In this document: positions 1 through 9,976 of the stretch, piece by piece
Numbering within the stretch: the first letter of the stretch is position 1
How the letters are laid out: the number at the start of each line of letters is the position of its first letter
Assembly (NCBI RefSeq): GCF_000196355.1
Contig: NC_007614.1
Location: 1,890,001-1,922,000, forward strand
DNA: 32,000 nt
Direction of reading: 5' to 3'
Source: Nitrosospira multiformis ATCC 25196
GTDB taxonomy: Bacteria > Pseudomonadota > Gammaproteobacteria > Burkholderiales > Nitrosomonadaceae
Translations under genes and position numbers: made by a program
The notes under the pieces: generated by a model
The model's input: only the letters and a program-made list of their open reading frames with translations
What the model was told of the DNA's origin: nothing
Database searches by the model: none

Positions 1-1790
1 CCTACCGTTCCATTTTGCTGACAGTAGCCACGTTGATAACTCTAGCCTTAGGAGTAATTTTTTGCGGGGCATTCGCCGCCTTTTCCGTAGCAGAATTAAA
101 TCTGATTTCACTCGCATTTGCAGTAACCAATGTCGGCTTGGGCGTGGAATATGCGATCCACTTCTGCTTACGCTATCGGGATAAGCTGAATCGCCACCGT
201 AAAGAACGTGCACTACGTATGACTTTAATGACCATAGCTCCCTCACTTCTATTGGCCGCCGGTACTACATCCATCGGACTTTATGCTTTTATACCGACCG
301 ATTATAAAGGCATCGCCGAGCTTGGTCTGCTGGCAGGAACAAGCCTGTTTATTTCCCTGTTAGTTACGCTGATTGCCTTGCCGGCATTATTAAAACTTTT
401 GCCAGCACCGGCAAAATTCCGATCGGCAAAAGCTCCTCATTCTCCTTCGGAGCTTTCAAAGAAACTGGCGACTTTGCCGCTTCAATACGCCAAACCGATT
501 TCCCTTATGACACTTGTTGTTTCCCTGATCTCCGGCGTGTTGGCATTCAATGTAAAAACGGACTTTAATCCGATTAATATTCGCGATCCTGATACCGAAT
601 CTGTTGTCGCTTTCAAAAAATTAATGGAGGACGAGGAAACCACTCCGCTGACCTTGGCTGTCCTGAGCAGGGATGAAAGCAGCACCAAAATCTTGCAACA
701 GAAGCTTTCGGCATTACCTTCGGTTGATAAAACTGTCAGCCTTTTTGACCTTCAACCCGCTGATCAGGACAGAAAATTGGCCTTGATCGAAGAAATGGGA
801 CTGATGCTTGGTGCAGAAGTAGAGAACTTCCCCCAGCTCAAAGCGCATAGTGATCCAGCTCCGCAGATCACCCGCTTGATTGGAACTATCGACACCATCC
901 TGCCTGAAAAATCCAATATGGAGGAGCGTGCTTCACTCACACGCTTAAAAAAGGAATTGCAGGATATTTTGATCGAGCTTGATACACGGTACCAACCCAG
1001 CCGGGAGATGTTCATTGAAAAAATCCAGACCGCACTGCTCGGCACGCTGCCGGCTGTGATGAACGATCTATCAGTCAGCTTGAAAGCCAGAACAATCACG
1101 CTATCTGACCTGCCCCCTGATATCAGGGATAAATGGCTGAGCAGGGACGGTTTGTATCGCATCCAGATCTTTCCGAAAAAAGACCTGAACGATTTAGCCA
1201 GTCTGGAAGAATTCATCACGGAAGTGCAATCAATCACTCCCGAAACCACCGACTTACCCATCATCTACTGGGAATCCATGAGAGAGGTTACCAAGGCTTT
1301 TCAGAAAGCTGTTTTAATCGCCCTGGTTGCCATCGCACTGCTACTGCTCGCTATCCGGCGCAGCATGCTGGATACCGCCCTGATCATGACGCCGCTCGTA
1401 CTAGCCGGACTTTTTACCCTGGCAAGCGCAACGATCACCGGCACCGCCATTAACTTTGCCAACATCATCGCCCTGCCGCTGTTACTAGGGTTAGGAGTTG
1501 ACAACGGCATTCACATGCTGGTAAAGCTGCGCCATTCGCTTGCGGAAGCTCGCGATATCTACCAATCCAGCACTGCTAGAGCCATATTTTATGGGGCTCT
1601 TACCACTTCCTCCGGTTTTGGGGGATTGGCGTTCTCCCCGCATCCGGGCATTGCCAGTATGGGTTTGATTATTACTATAGGCATATTCTGGATTATGGTA
1701 TGTACGTTTATTATTCTTCCCGCACTTGGCAAATTGGTGTTAAAGGACAGAAAAGATGCAATACGTTTTCAATCCCGCTTGGCAGGATAG
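1..1790 (+). CDS. RND/MMPL-superfamily inner-membrane exporter, C-terminal ~590 aa (HpnN-like); 5' end lies outside the window
   Basis: Frame 3 is open from base 3 to TAG 1788-1790, with no stop upstream of the track's TTG at 15, so the N-terminus is outside the window. Two multi-helix hydrophobic bundles (track residues ~1-130 and ~430-585) flank a ~300-aa soluble loop. Each bundle carries a paired motif (GLGVEYAIHF / GLGVDNGIHM), as in RND/MMPL pseudo-repeats. The HpnN resemblance is from memory of the family, not a search. Confidence 0.8.
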   Translation, partial: YRSILLTVATLITLALGVIFCGAFAAFSVAELNLISLAFAVTNVGLGVEYAIHFCLRYRDKLNRHRKERALRMTLMTIAPSLLLAAGTTSIGLYAFIPTDYKGIAELGLLAGTSLFISLLVTLIALPALLKLLPAPAKFRSAKAPHSPSELSKKLATLPLQYAKPISLMTLVVSLISGVLAFNVKTDFNPINIRDPDTESVVAFKKLMEDEETTPLTLAVLSRDESSTKILQQKLSALPSVDKTVSLFDLQPADQDRKLALIEEMGLMLGAEVENFPQLKAHSDPAPQITRLIGTIDTILPEKSNMEERASLTRLKKELQDILIELDTRYQPSREMFIEKIQTALLGTLPAVMNDLSVSLKARTITLSDLPPDIRDKWLSRDGLYRIQIFPKKDLNDLASLEEFITEVQSITPETTDLPIIYWESMREVTKAFQKAVLIALVAIALLLLAIRRSMLDTALIMTPLVLAGLFTLASATITGTAINFANIIALPLLLGLGVDNGIHMLVKLRHSLAEARDIYQSSTARAIFYGALTTSSGFGGLAFSPHPGIASMGLIITIGIFWIMVCTFIILPALGKLVLKDRKDAIRFQSRLAG

Positions 1791-1996
1791 AGCGCGCATA
1801 CTTCAAGCTTTCTAGAACAGGCACAACGTCCATCTGCAAGCCTGCCCATCCACTGCACCGCTGAATATCGGAGCTACGTCACCTTATTCGATTAGCCTCC
1901 CATGCAGAGATAGAGTGTGAGTTAACCGATCTGTCACGCACTGTCACGACACTGAATGGTAGCGATCTAAAATGCTTCTTGACTGGGAGGCAGGGC

Positions 1997-2929
1997 CTAT
2001 TTTGCTTCTCCCCTTGCCGCTTCGACCCCGGCGATGACATCGAAGAGTTCCTCATCGATTCTACTCTGGCGCAACCGGTTGAAGGTCTTCTGAAGCTCTG
2101 TACTTAGCTCATCGATATTTTTTTCTGCGCGCTCCATTGCAGTAAGCCGACTTGCATTCTCGCTGGCTAACGATTCGGCGCAAGCGAGAAACAGCGAAGC
2201 AAAAAGGTATTCCCGGATGAGTGCATGCAACGTCACAATATTTCCTCCCACCATCTCCGGCAGATTCCGTGCCGGCCAGGGCAGCTGGAGCAATTCCCGA
2301 CGCCAGCTTTCATCCAAGGGCAGCAGCCGCTGGTGGAAAGGCTCGTATGTCAAGCCGGAGCGGTAAGCGTTATAGAACAGATAAAACGTGTTCATCTCAT
2401 TCCCGCCTTTCCCTTCGGCTCCTTCCACATTTACGCCCTCGCTCAAGGCCGGCGCCAGAATACGCAGCAGGATCTCCCCCGTCAACGGGATAATGCTCTT
2501 GATGGACAACGGGACAGCGAAAACTTCCGCGACGGAAATGCCAAGATCTACCAGTCGATCCTGCACACGCTCGCCCACAGCCCAGATTTTTTTCCTGCCC
2601 GGCAATAAGGCCAAAGTCTGCGCAGCATGCAACGCTATGGACTCGTTGAACTGGCCCACTAGCCCATGGTCAGTACCAAGCACGATTACACCCGTTACGC
2701 CACGGTTCGCTCCTGTTTTCGCCGCCACATGCCGGGCTGGCGGGGTACCGGCACGAAAGCAAGCACTCAAGCCAAGCTGCACCGAGCGGTAGTAATCCTT
2801 CAGCGCGAGAGTGGATTTCTCATACTGCCCAATGTTGGCCGCAGCTAGCGCCTTCATGGTGCTTACCACTGACCTCAGATCTTTCACACCCTCGATCTTG
2901 CGGCGTATGCTGGCAGTGGTATCGCTCAT
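1997..2929 (-). CDS. atpG: N-type ATPase gamma subunit
   Basis: 310-aa ORF with a gamma-type N-terminal helix (IRRKIEGVKDLRSVVSTMKALAAA) and C-terminal helix (TFNRLRQSRIDEELFDVIAG). It is the last gene of the atpDCQRBEFAG array. Confidence 0.9.
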   Translation of the reverse strand: MSDTTASIRRKIEGVKDLRSVVSTMKALAAANIGQYEKSTLALKDYYRSVQLGLSACFRAGTPPARHVAAKTGANRGVTGVIVLGTDHGLVGQFNESIALHAAQTLALLPGRKKIWAVGERVQDRLVDLGISVAEVFAVPLSIKSIIPLTGEILLRILAPALSEGVNVEGAEGKGGNEMNTFYLFYNAYRSGLTYEPFHQRLLPLDESWRRELLQLPWPARNLPEMVGGNIVTLHALIREYLFASLFLACAESLASENASRLTAMERAEKNIDELSTELQKTFNRLRQSRIDEELFDVIAGVEAARGEAK

Positions 2930-2976
2930 GATCTCTGTTCCAATTCAACAGCGGTTGCAGCTTCCACCACTTGCGC

Positions 2977-4524
2977 TTAGGCTTTCGCATGTGCTGAGCC
3001 TAACCCATCCAGCGCAGTGCTTGCATGCCACAAAAGTGCATGGCGATCTGCATCGTTCAGGCTTTCGTTGGCTTCCATACGTGCAAGCAGTTCGGGAGGT
3101 ATATTCAACACTACTGCCCTCACCGCCCGCTCCGCCTCCCCCATGTTTTCCAGCGGTACCTCGTCGAATAGTTTTGCGGTCAATGCCAGCAGCAGAATGA
3201 TCTGCTCTGAGACGGAAACCGGGCTGGACTCTGGCTGCTGCAAACAGGCACGAATACGCCGGCCATGCTCGATAACGGTACGGGTACGCTCATCGAGGCG
3301 TCCCCCGAAGCGTGTAAATGTTTCCAGTTCGCTGAACTGGGAATAATCCAGCCTCAGCTCGCCGGTAGCGGCCCGGTACACAGGCCGCTGCGCCTTGCCT
3401 CCCACCCGCGAAACCGATTTGCCAACGTCGATGGCGGGCAGTATTCCAAGTTGAAACAATGTGGGTGAAAGGTAAATCTGCCCGTCGGTAATCGAGATCA
3501 GATTGGTTGGAATATATGCTGCGATGTCCTCCGCTTCTGTTTCTACGATCGGCAAGGCGGTCAGGGAACCGCCGCCGAGTTCGGGGCGCAGATGCGTAGC
3601 GCGCTCCAGCAAGCGTGAGTGGATGTAAAAGATGTCTCCGGGATAGGCTTCGCGTCCAGGGGGGCGCCGCATCAGCAGCGAAAGTTCACGGTAGGCGCGA
3701 GCGTGGTGCGAAAGGTCATCGTAAACGATCAAAACGTCCCGGCCCTGCTCCATGAAGTATTCTCCGATAGCAGTCGCGGCATAGGGGGCAACATAGATCA
3801 GCCCCGGCGGGTCATTGCCTTCGGTTACTACCACAACTGTATAGCTCAGAGCGTCATTTTCCTGCAGCGCAGCCACTACCTTGGCAACACTCGATGCTTG
3901 CTGCCCGATGGCGCAGTAGATGCACACCACGTTCTCGTCTTTCTGATTCAGTATGGTGTCGAGTGCTATAGCGCTCTTGCCCGTCTGCCGGTCGCCCAGT
4001 ATCAGTTCGCGCTGCCCCCGCCCTACAGGAATCAGTGCATCGATGACCTTGATGCCCGTCTGAAGCGGCACTGTGACAGGAGCCCGATCCATAATCTGGG
4101 GAGCGGGACGTTCGATTGGCATACGGCGCGAGGATATTACCGGAGCTTCGCCATCGAGCGCCCGGCCCAGCGGATTGACTATCCTTCCGATCAACGCGTC
4201 GCCCACCGGCACATCCATTACGTGTCCCCTGCGCTCCACTTCATCTCCTGCACGCAGGTGAGAATGATCACCCAGCAGGATCACCCCGATTTCCTCTTCT
4301 TCGATATTAAATGCAATGCCATAGCCGCCGGGAAACTTGAGCACCTCCTCGAAGCACGTGCCGGGAAGGCCGGAAACCTTCGCTATGCCAGTACCAATGC
4401 TCTTAATTACCCCGATCTCCTTCAGCATGAGTCGGGGAGTCACGATTTTCCGCGCGAGAGCAATCCGGGAAAAAGCGCCATCAAAAACGTCTCGCAATCG
4501 ATCTTGATTCACGCTAGCCGCCAC
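2977..4524 (-). CDS. atpA: N-type ATPase alpha subunit
   Basis: 515 aa with Walker [20 protein letters not shown] and the alpha signature [22 protein letters not shown] start at 4524; an alternative GTG at 4512 is possible. Confidence 0.95.
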   Translation of the reverse strand: MAASVNQDRLRDVFDGAFSRIALARKIVTPRLMLKEIGVIKSIGTGIAKVSGLPGTCFEEVLKFPGGYGIAFNIEEEEIGVILLGDHSHLRAGDEVERRGHVMDVPVGDALIGRIVNPLGRALDGEAPVISSRRMPIERPAPQIMDRAPVTVPLQTGIKVIDALIPVGRGQRELILGDRQTGKSAIALDTILNQKDENVVCIYCAIGQQASSVAKVVAALQENDALSYTVVVVTEGNDPPGLIYVAPYAATAIGEYFMEQGRDVLIVYDDLSHHARAYRELSLLMRRPPGREAYPGDIFYIHSRLLERATHLRPELGGGSLTALPIVETEAEDIAAYIPTNLISITDGQIYLSPTLFQLGILPAIDVGKSVSRVGGKAQRPVYRAATGELRLDYSQFSELETFTRFGGRLDERTRTVIEHGRRIRACLQQPESSPVSVSEQIILLLALTAKLFDEVPLENMGEAERAVRAVVLNIPPELLARMEANESLNDADRHALLWHASTALDGLGSAHAKA

Positions 4525-4619
4525 CTACTCTGCCAGGATCAATTGAGTTGCTGCCTACTAGCGCCCCGTGTGACATTCGTGCAGTCTCGATTGACAAGGG
4601 TCGTCCGTCTTTACTTCCC

Positions 4620-5495
4620 TCATAATGCCGCAGTCGAGGATTTCGCCTCTCCTTCTCCCACAGCACCTTTGGCGTTGAGAAGCCGGCTTACTTCCTCCTC
4701 CAGGGAGGCAAGGTATCCGGCTACGCTCCATGCCACCTTGTGTCCGCCAGCAATCATTTCGATCCCGCTGATAAGATTTGGCTCAACCCCAAAGTTGAAC
4801 CGTACTTCTTCCTTGAGTGTTTCTCTGATGACTGTAGAAATTTTTTCCTGCTGCTCTGCTGGCAATTCGAATGCGCTGCGAACCAGAATAACTGCAATCC
4901 CACTCGGGCTACCTTGCCCGACAATAGGGGGGAAAACCTGGAAGGTGGCAGAATGTCCAGATTCCACCCCCCCGGCCTGCAGCGCCACAGCTAATTGAGC
5001 CTTTTCCTCCGGGCCCAAGGTACGCAGGCGTCGGATGAATGCCTCAGTCATGTGGATTTCAAGAGTAGTGCCGGCAAGATCGGCCAGTACCTTGCGAGTG
5101 ATAGCGAGCACTTCTGCACATGTGCGCCGCTCGATCGCATCATGCAGGACTTGGTACTCTCTTTGCTGAGCTTCATTTCTACTGATACGGATCCTGTCCG
5201 CATCCGCATGCGCGGCCTCCATCAGCCGCTGCCGCTCCGCGCGCACCTCGTCGGTGACAGTGGTCAAGAGAACTTCCCGGCGCTGGTCAAATTCCTCATT
5301 TTTTTGCCGGAACCGATGGAGCTCTGCTTCCGCCTCGCGCTGCTTCCCCGTAGCGGCCGCCAACTCGGATGCAATGCGATTTTCGCGCTCATCCAGTGCG
5401 TCGAGAATAGGGCGGTAAAAAAATCGCTTCAACAACCATACCAGGATGAGAAAGTTGACGATCTGCGCGACAACTGTGAACCCGTCGATCAGCAC
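4620..5495 (-). CDS. atpF: N-type ATPase peripheral-stalk subunit b with delta-like C-terminal domain
   Basis: 291 aa. The GTG start lies 3 nt after the atpE stop. One N-terminal TM helix (FTVVAQIVNFLILVWLL) is followed by a long Ala/Glu/Arg-rich coiled coil typical of subunit b. The C-terminal ~120 aa end in LISGIEMIAGGHKVAWSVAGYLASL, which resembles the delta/OSCP C-terminus. Confidence 0.8.
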   Translation of the reverse strand: MLIDGFTVVAQIVNFLILVWLLKRFFYRPILDALDERENRIASELAAATGKQREAEAELHRFRQKNEEFDQRREVLLTTVTDEVRAERQRLMEAAHADADRIRISRNEAQQREYQVLHDAIERRTCAEVLAITRKVLADLAGTTLEIHMTEAFIRRLRTLGPEEKAQLAVALQAGGVESGHSATFQVFPPIVGQGSPSGIAVILVRSAFELPAEQQEKISTVIRETLKEEVRFNFGVEPNLISGIEMIAGGHKVAWSVAGYLASLEEEVSRLLNAKGAVGEGEAKSSTAAL

Positions 5496-5498
5496 AAA

Positions 5499-5780
5499 TT
5501 ATTTTCCGACACCATGAGCAATCACGTGATCCCAGAAAGGATTGGCGAAGATAAGGATCATGGAGACCACGAAACAATATATAGCGAGGGATTCTATTAT
5601 GGCCAGTCCCACGAACAGCGTACGCGCGATTGTTCCGGCCACGTCGGGCTGTTGCGCCAGCGAGGTGAGTGCCGTAGCCACTGCCTTTCCTTCACCCAGC
5701 GCGGGCCCGATCACGCCAATACTGATAGTCAGACCAGCCGTCAGGATGGATATGATTGCGATTAGGGTAATGCTGTCCAT
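5499..5780 (-). CDS. atpE: N-type ATPase c subunit (rotor proteolipid)
   Basis: 93-aa two-helix hairpin: helix 1 GPALGEG, polar loop AQQPD, helix 2 ion-binding carboxylate in GLAIIESLAIY. Confidence 0.9.
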   Translation of the reverse strand: MDSITLIAIISILTAGLTISIGVIGPALGEGKAVATALTSLAQQPDVAGTIARTLFVGLAIIESLAIYCFVVSMILIFANPFWDHVIAHGVGK

Positions 5781-5789
5781 GCTTGCTCC

Positions 5790-6545
5790 TTAGGGTTTAT
5801 GTTTGCAGATTTTCCCACCAGCTGCGCATGCGCTTTTGGCGTCTTCACCACCTTCATCATCTGATGCTCCCGCATTTTCCCCATTATCGGAAGTTGCGGC
5901 CGCGATGTAGACCGTGGCCAGGATGCTGAAGATATAAGCTTGCACGCCACCTATCAACAGGTGGAGGACTCCCATGACCACGGGGAAAATAAAGGGTGTG
6001 ATGATCAGCATGATAGCGAGGATCATGGTCCCGCTCATCATGTTGCCGAACAGCCGCACGGCAAGAGCCAGCGTGCGTGTGAACTCCCCCAGGATATTGA
6101 ACGGGAGCAAGAGCGGCACCGGCTTGAGATAGGACTGCAAATAGCGGCGCAGGCCTTGCTCCCTGATTCCATAAAACGGGACAGCAACGAATACGCAGAT
6201 CGCCAGTGCAACAGTTGTGGAAAGCGATCCGGTCGGGGGCTCGTAACCGGGAAAGACGGCAAAAAGGTTTGCCACGGCGACAAAGACAAACAGAGTCCCC
6301 AGAAATGGAAGGTAGGTGCGCGGCTGGCGAAGGCCTACCTCGCTGATCTGTTTTTGTATCGTAATAATGATGACTTCCAGCAGATTTTGCCATCGGGAGC
6401 GTTCCTCTCCGCGAGACAGTCGCTTAGTAATAGTCTTCGATCCGACCGCAAGCAACAGCATCAGCAGCCATGTGTAAATGATGGTGCCGTTAAGTTTCAC
6501 GAAACCATATTCCCAGAAGATGAGCTGATCGGGGCTAATATGCAT
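5790..6545 (-). CDS. atpB: N-type ATPase a subunit
   Basis: 251-aa polytopic membrane protein with the stator arginine motif LALAVRLFGNMMSG. It sits between atpR and atpE and carries a 34-aa acidic/Cys C-terminal tail. Confidence 0.9.
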   Translation of the reverse strand: MHISPDQLIFWEYGFVKLNGTIIYTWLLMLLLAVGSKTITKRLSRGEERSRWQNLLEVIIITIQKQISEVGLRQPRTYLPFLGTLFVFVAVANLFAVFPGYEPPTGSLSTTVALAICVFVAVPFYGIREQGLRRYLQSYLKPVPLLLPFNILGEFTRTLALAVRLFGNMMSGTMILAIMLIITPFIFPVVMGVLHLLIGGVQAYIFSILATVYIAAATSDNGENAGASDDEGGEDAKSACAAGGKICKHKP

Positions 6546-6550
6546 AACTG

Positions 6551-6892
6551 CTAATGCTCTCCGGCGGATATCGCACTTCCTCCCGGTCGCCCCATTCGGA
6601 CCAGCGATGGGGATAACGGCGTGGGCAGAAATTGGGTTGCCACTACTCTCGCTATGATGAACCCCACCACGGCGGCAAACAGGATTTTCTTGCCGGGGGC
6701 AGCCAGTTCCAGCAAAAAATAAAATCCGGCAGTGACAATACAGGTACGCAACAGCATGCTACCGACAAACCATGTTCCAGGGCGAGGAGAAGCAATGCTA
6801 CGGCGTACTGTCCACCACAGTCCACCGAAAAAAAATGCCCCAAGCAGCACTCCCCCGACCAGTGCCAGTAGCAGACTCATAATTTCATTCAT
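6551..6892 (-). CDS. atpR: N-ATPase-specific membrane subunit AtpR
   Basis: 113 aa with three hydrophobic helices. The N-terminal GGLWWTVRR places Arg at the membrane edge, as I recall for AtpR. It lies between atpQ and atpB, and its start overlaps the atpQ stop (ATGA). Confidence 0.7.
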   Translation of the reverse strand: MNEIMSLLLALVGGVLLGAFFFGGLWWTVRRSIASPRPGTWFVGSMLLRTCIVTAGFYFLLELAAPGKKILFAAVVGFIIARVVATQFLPTPLSPSLVRMGRPGGSAISAGEH

Positions 6893-7422
6893 CCCTCTCC
6901 TTGTTCATTTTCCGTGATTTTTCTGTTCGCTTTGTTTACACCATCCTGCTTGCCCATCTCCCTGGTTGCGTCACTGGTTTCATTTTTGGACTTGCTGCCT
7001 CTTTCCTGCGCTGCGACTTCCTGACTCTCCTTCCTGCGAGTGAGCTGCTCTTCCCGCACTATCCAGCGCCAAGCATTCAGGCACCCCACGAGCAACCCAG
7101 CAAACAGCAGCGTGAGAGTCCAGGAATACCCCCCTGGAAACCGCCGATCCAGCCAGATGCCCAAGGCAACCCCCAGAACAGTCGGCACACTTATCCCCCA
7201 ACCGACTAGTCCGATCATGCCCAGCCCTGCCCAAACCATTTCGGTATTCCGGTTCCCAGCCCGTCTCGCCCGTAGCTTGCGCGCCGCTTTCACCTTTATC
7301 CGTCGGCTGAATTCCGCCTCCCTTTTCTCCTTTCCTTCCCGTTCTTCCCTTTTGCCCCGCAATCCTGCTGGCACTTTCATGCCCGATTTTTCTCCTGTTG
7401 CCTCCTCCGGCTCATCTTTCAT
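6889..7422 (-). CDS. atpQ: N-ATPase-specific AtpQ (AtpZ/AtpI-like) with long charged N- and C-terminal extensions
   Basis: The two-helix core VWAGLGMIGLVGWGISVPTVLGVALGIWLDRRF...LLFAGLLVGCLNAWRWI fits the AtpZ/AtpI-like 'ATPase_gene1' pattern (from memory). It follows atpC. The start is uncertain: ATG 7422 overlaps atpC by 11 nt, and an internal ATG lies at 7380. Confidence 0.65.
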   Translation of the reverse strand: MKDEPEEATGEKSGMKVPAGLRGKREEREGKEKREAEFSRRIKVKAARKLRARRAGNRNTEMVWAGLGMIGLVGWGISVPTVLGVALGIWLDRRFPGGYSWTLTLLFAGLLVGCLNAWRWIVREEQLTRRKESQEVAAQERGSKSKNETSDATREMGKQDGVNKANRKITENEQGEG

Positions 7423-7804
7423 GATGAAGCTCGATGAAGCGCCGGATCAAGCCACTTTCCATTTTTGCCATTGTCCGCCGGATGCTCTTGGCCCGCTCAT
7501 CGAGGTTCAGGAACTCCCTGTCCACAGTCTCATGCAAGACAGCCAGGTTGGTCCCCTCAACGGCGTTGCGCACCGATACTGTTACCTGAGCACTGACCTT
7601 TACCAGAATGCCCTCGTCCACCGCCACATAAATCTCACCTTCGCTCCTGGTTTCGAATATCAGGATGCCGGGAACCAAAGCGGCCACGCAATCGAGACGG
7701 TGGGGCAGCAGCCCAAGCGATCCATCAACGGTTTCGACGACAATGCGGTCCACCCTGGCCTTTTCCATAAAGACACTAAAGGGCAGTAGTATCTTAAGGT
7801 CCAT
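7412..7804 (-). CDS. atpC: N-type ATPase epsilon subunit
   Basis: 130 aa with an epsilon-like N-terminal beta-sandwich (LKILLPFSVFMEKARVDRIVVETVDGSLGLLPHRLD) and a C-terminal helical region. It lies directly downstream of atpD. Confidence 0.85.
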   Translation of the reverse strand: MDLKILLPFSVFMEKARVDRIVVETVDGSLGLLPHRLDCVAALVPGILIFETRSEGEIYVAVDEGILVKVSAQVTVSVRNAVEGTNLAVLHETVDREFLNLDERAKSIRRTMAKMESGLIRRFIELHHER

Positions 7805-7883
7805 TCCCCTGGCTCATGCAGGTCATGTAGTCCTCCGGTCCGGCCTGAAGTTTGGAGGCGACCGGCGTGAGATCCTTCTCCAC

Positions 7884-9323
<1,440 letters not shown>

Positions 9324-9976
9324 TCACAAAGCATGGAATCGAGCACGGTCTATATGTCCTATTATCATATTAGCGTACCTCGCAGGACTTGAGCCAGCCA
9401 ACTTTCTTCCAGGTATGGGTTGCAGCACTCAGTGCATGAGATTCTCTTCAATATAGGCCAGTCGAGAGGCAACTGTTTTCTTGCCGGCCATGATCGTATT
9501 GGGGATCATCAATTCAACGGGCATCGCTCGTCTCGACATGCTCTTCATAAGAACCCACTTGCTTTAGTTTCTGTTCAAACGTTCCACTGCTGCAATACAT
9601 GAGTTTGCGTTTGCTTCCCACTTTGAATGCCATCTCCAGCGACTATAGGCTTTTCTTTTGATCGCGCGTTAAGCAATACTTGCGGGTCTGCTTGCAGGGT
9701 AAAGAGAAGCCTTACACCTAGCGCTTGAGCCAGCGCCGAGCTTTCTGCCTTTGACAAGGAAATACGGGTGCTGAAAGGATGAACGTTGCAGGCTGGAAGG
9801 GAAAGTAACGTAAGAGTCAAGCAAACCGTTGAGCGGCTCGGGGCAGTAGCCTTGCAACCGGGTTTGTCACAAAGGTGTAGCGTATTCTTCCATAAACTCT
9901 TACTCTTGCTCATCCGCTCTCTCCTGCGAGGCGGGAGCAATATTTCAAAGGGAAAACAATTGACAAAAAAACTGGT

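Noticed and set aside
1931-1950. Tandem 10-bp direct repeat (ctgtcacgca/ctgtcacgac) in the convergent gap between the RND gene and atpG; also a search for terminator hairpins here
   Set aside because: The repeat is only two short copies. I could fold no stable GC-rich stem with a T-run in 1791-1996.
3619-4998. 459-aa ORF on the + strand spanning atpA, the atpA-atpF gap and atpF
   Set aside because: It is antisense to two genes with unmistakable ATPase motifs. Its product is Arg/Ser/Pro-rich with no recognisable domain and no SD. Long open antisense frames are a common by-product of codon bias.
7040-7789. 249-aa + strand ORF opposite atpQ/atpC (similar cases: 5940-6554 opposite atpB; 8424-9029 opposite atpD)
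   Set aside because: These are antisense shadows of confidently identified ATPase genes, with low-complexity, Pro/Ser/Arg-rich translations.
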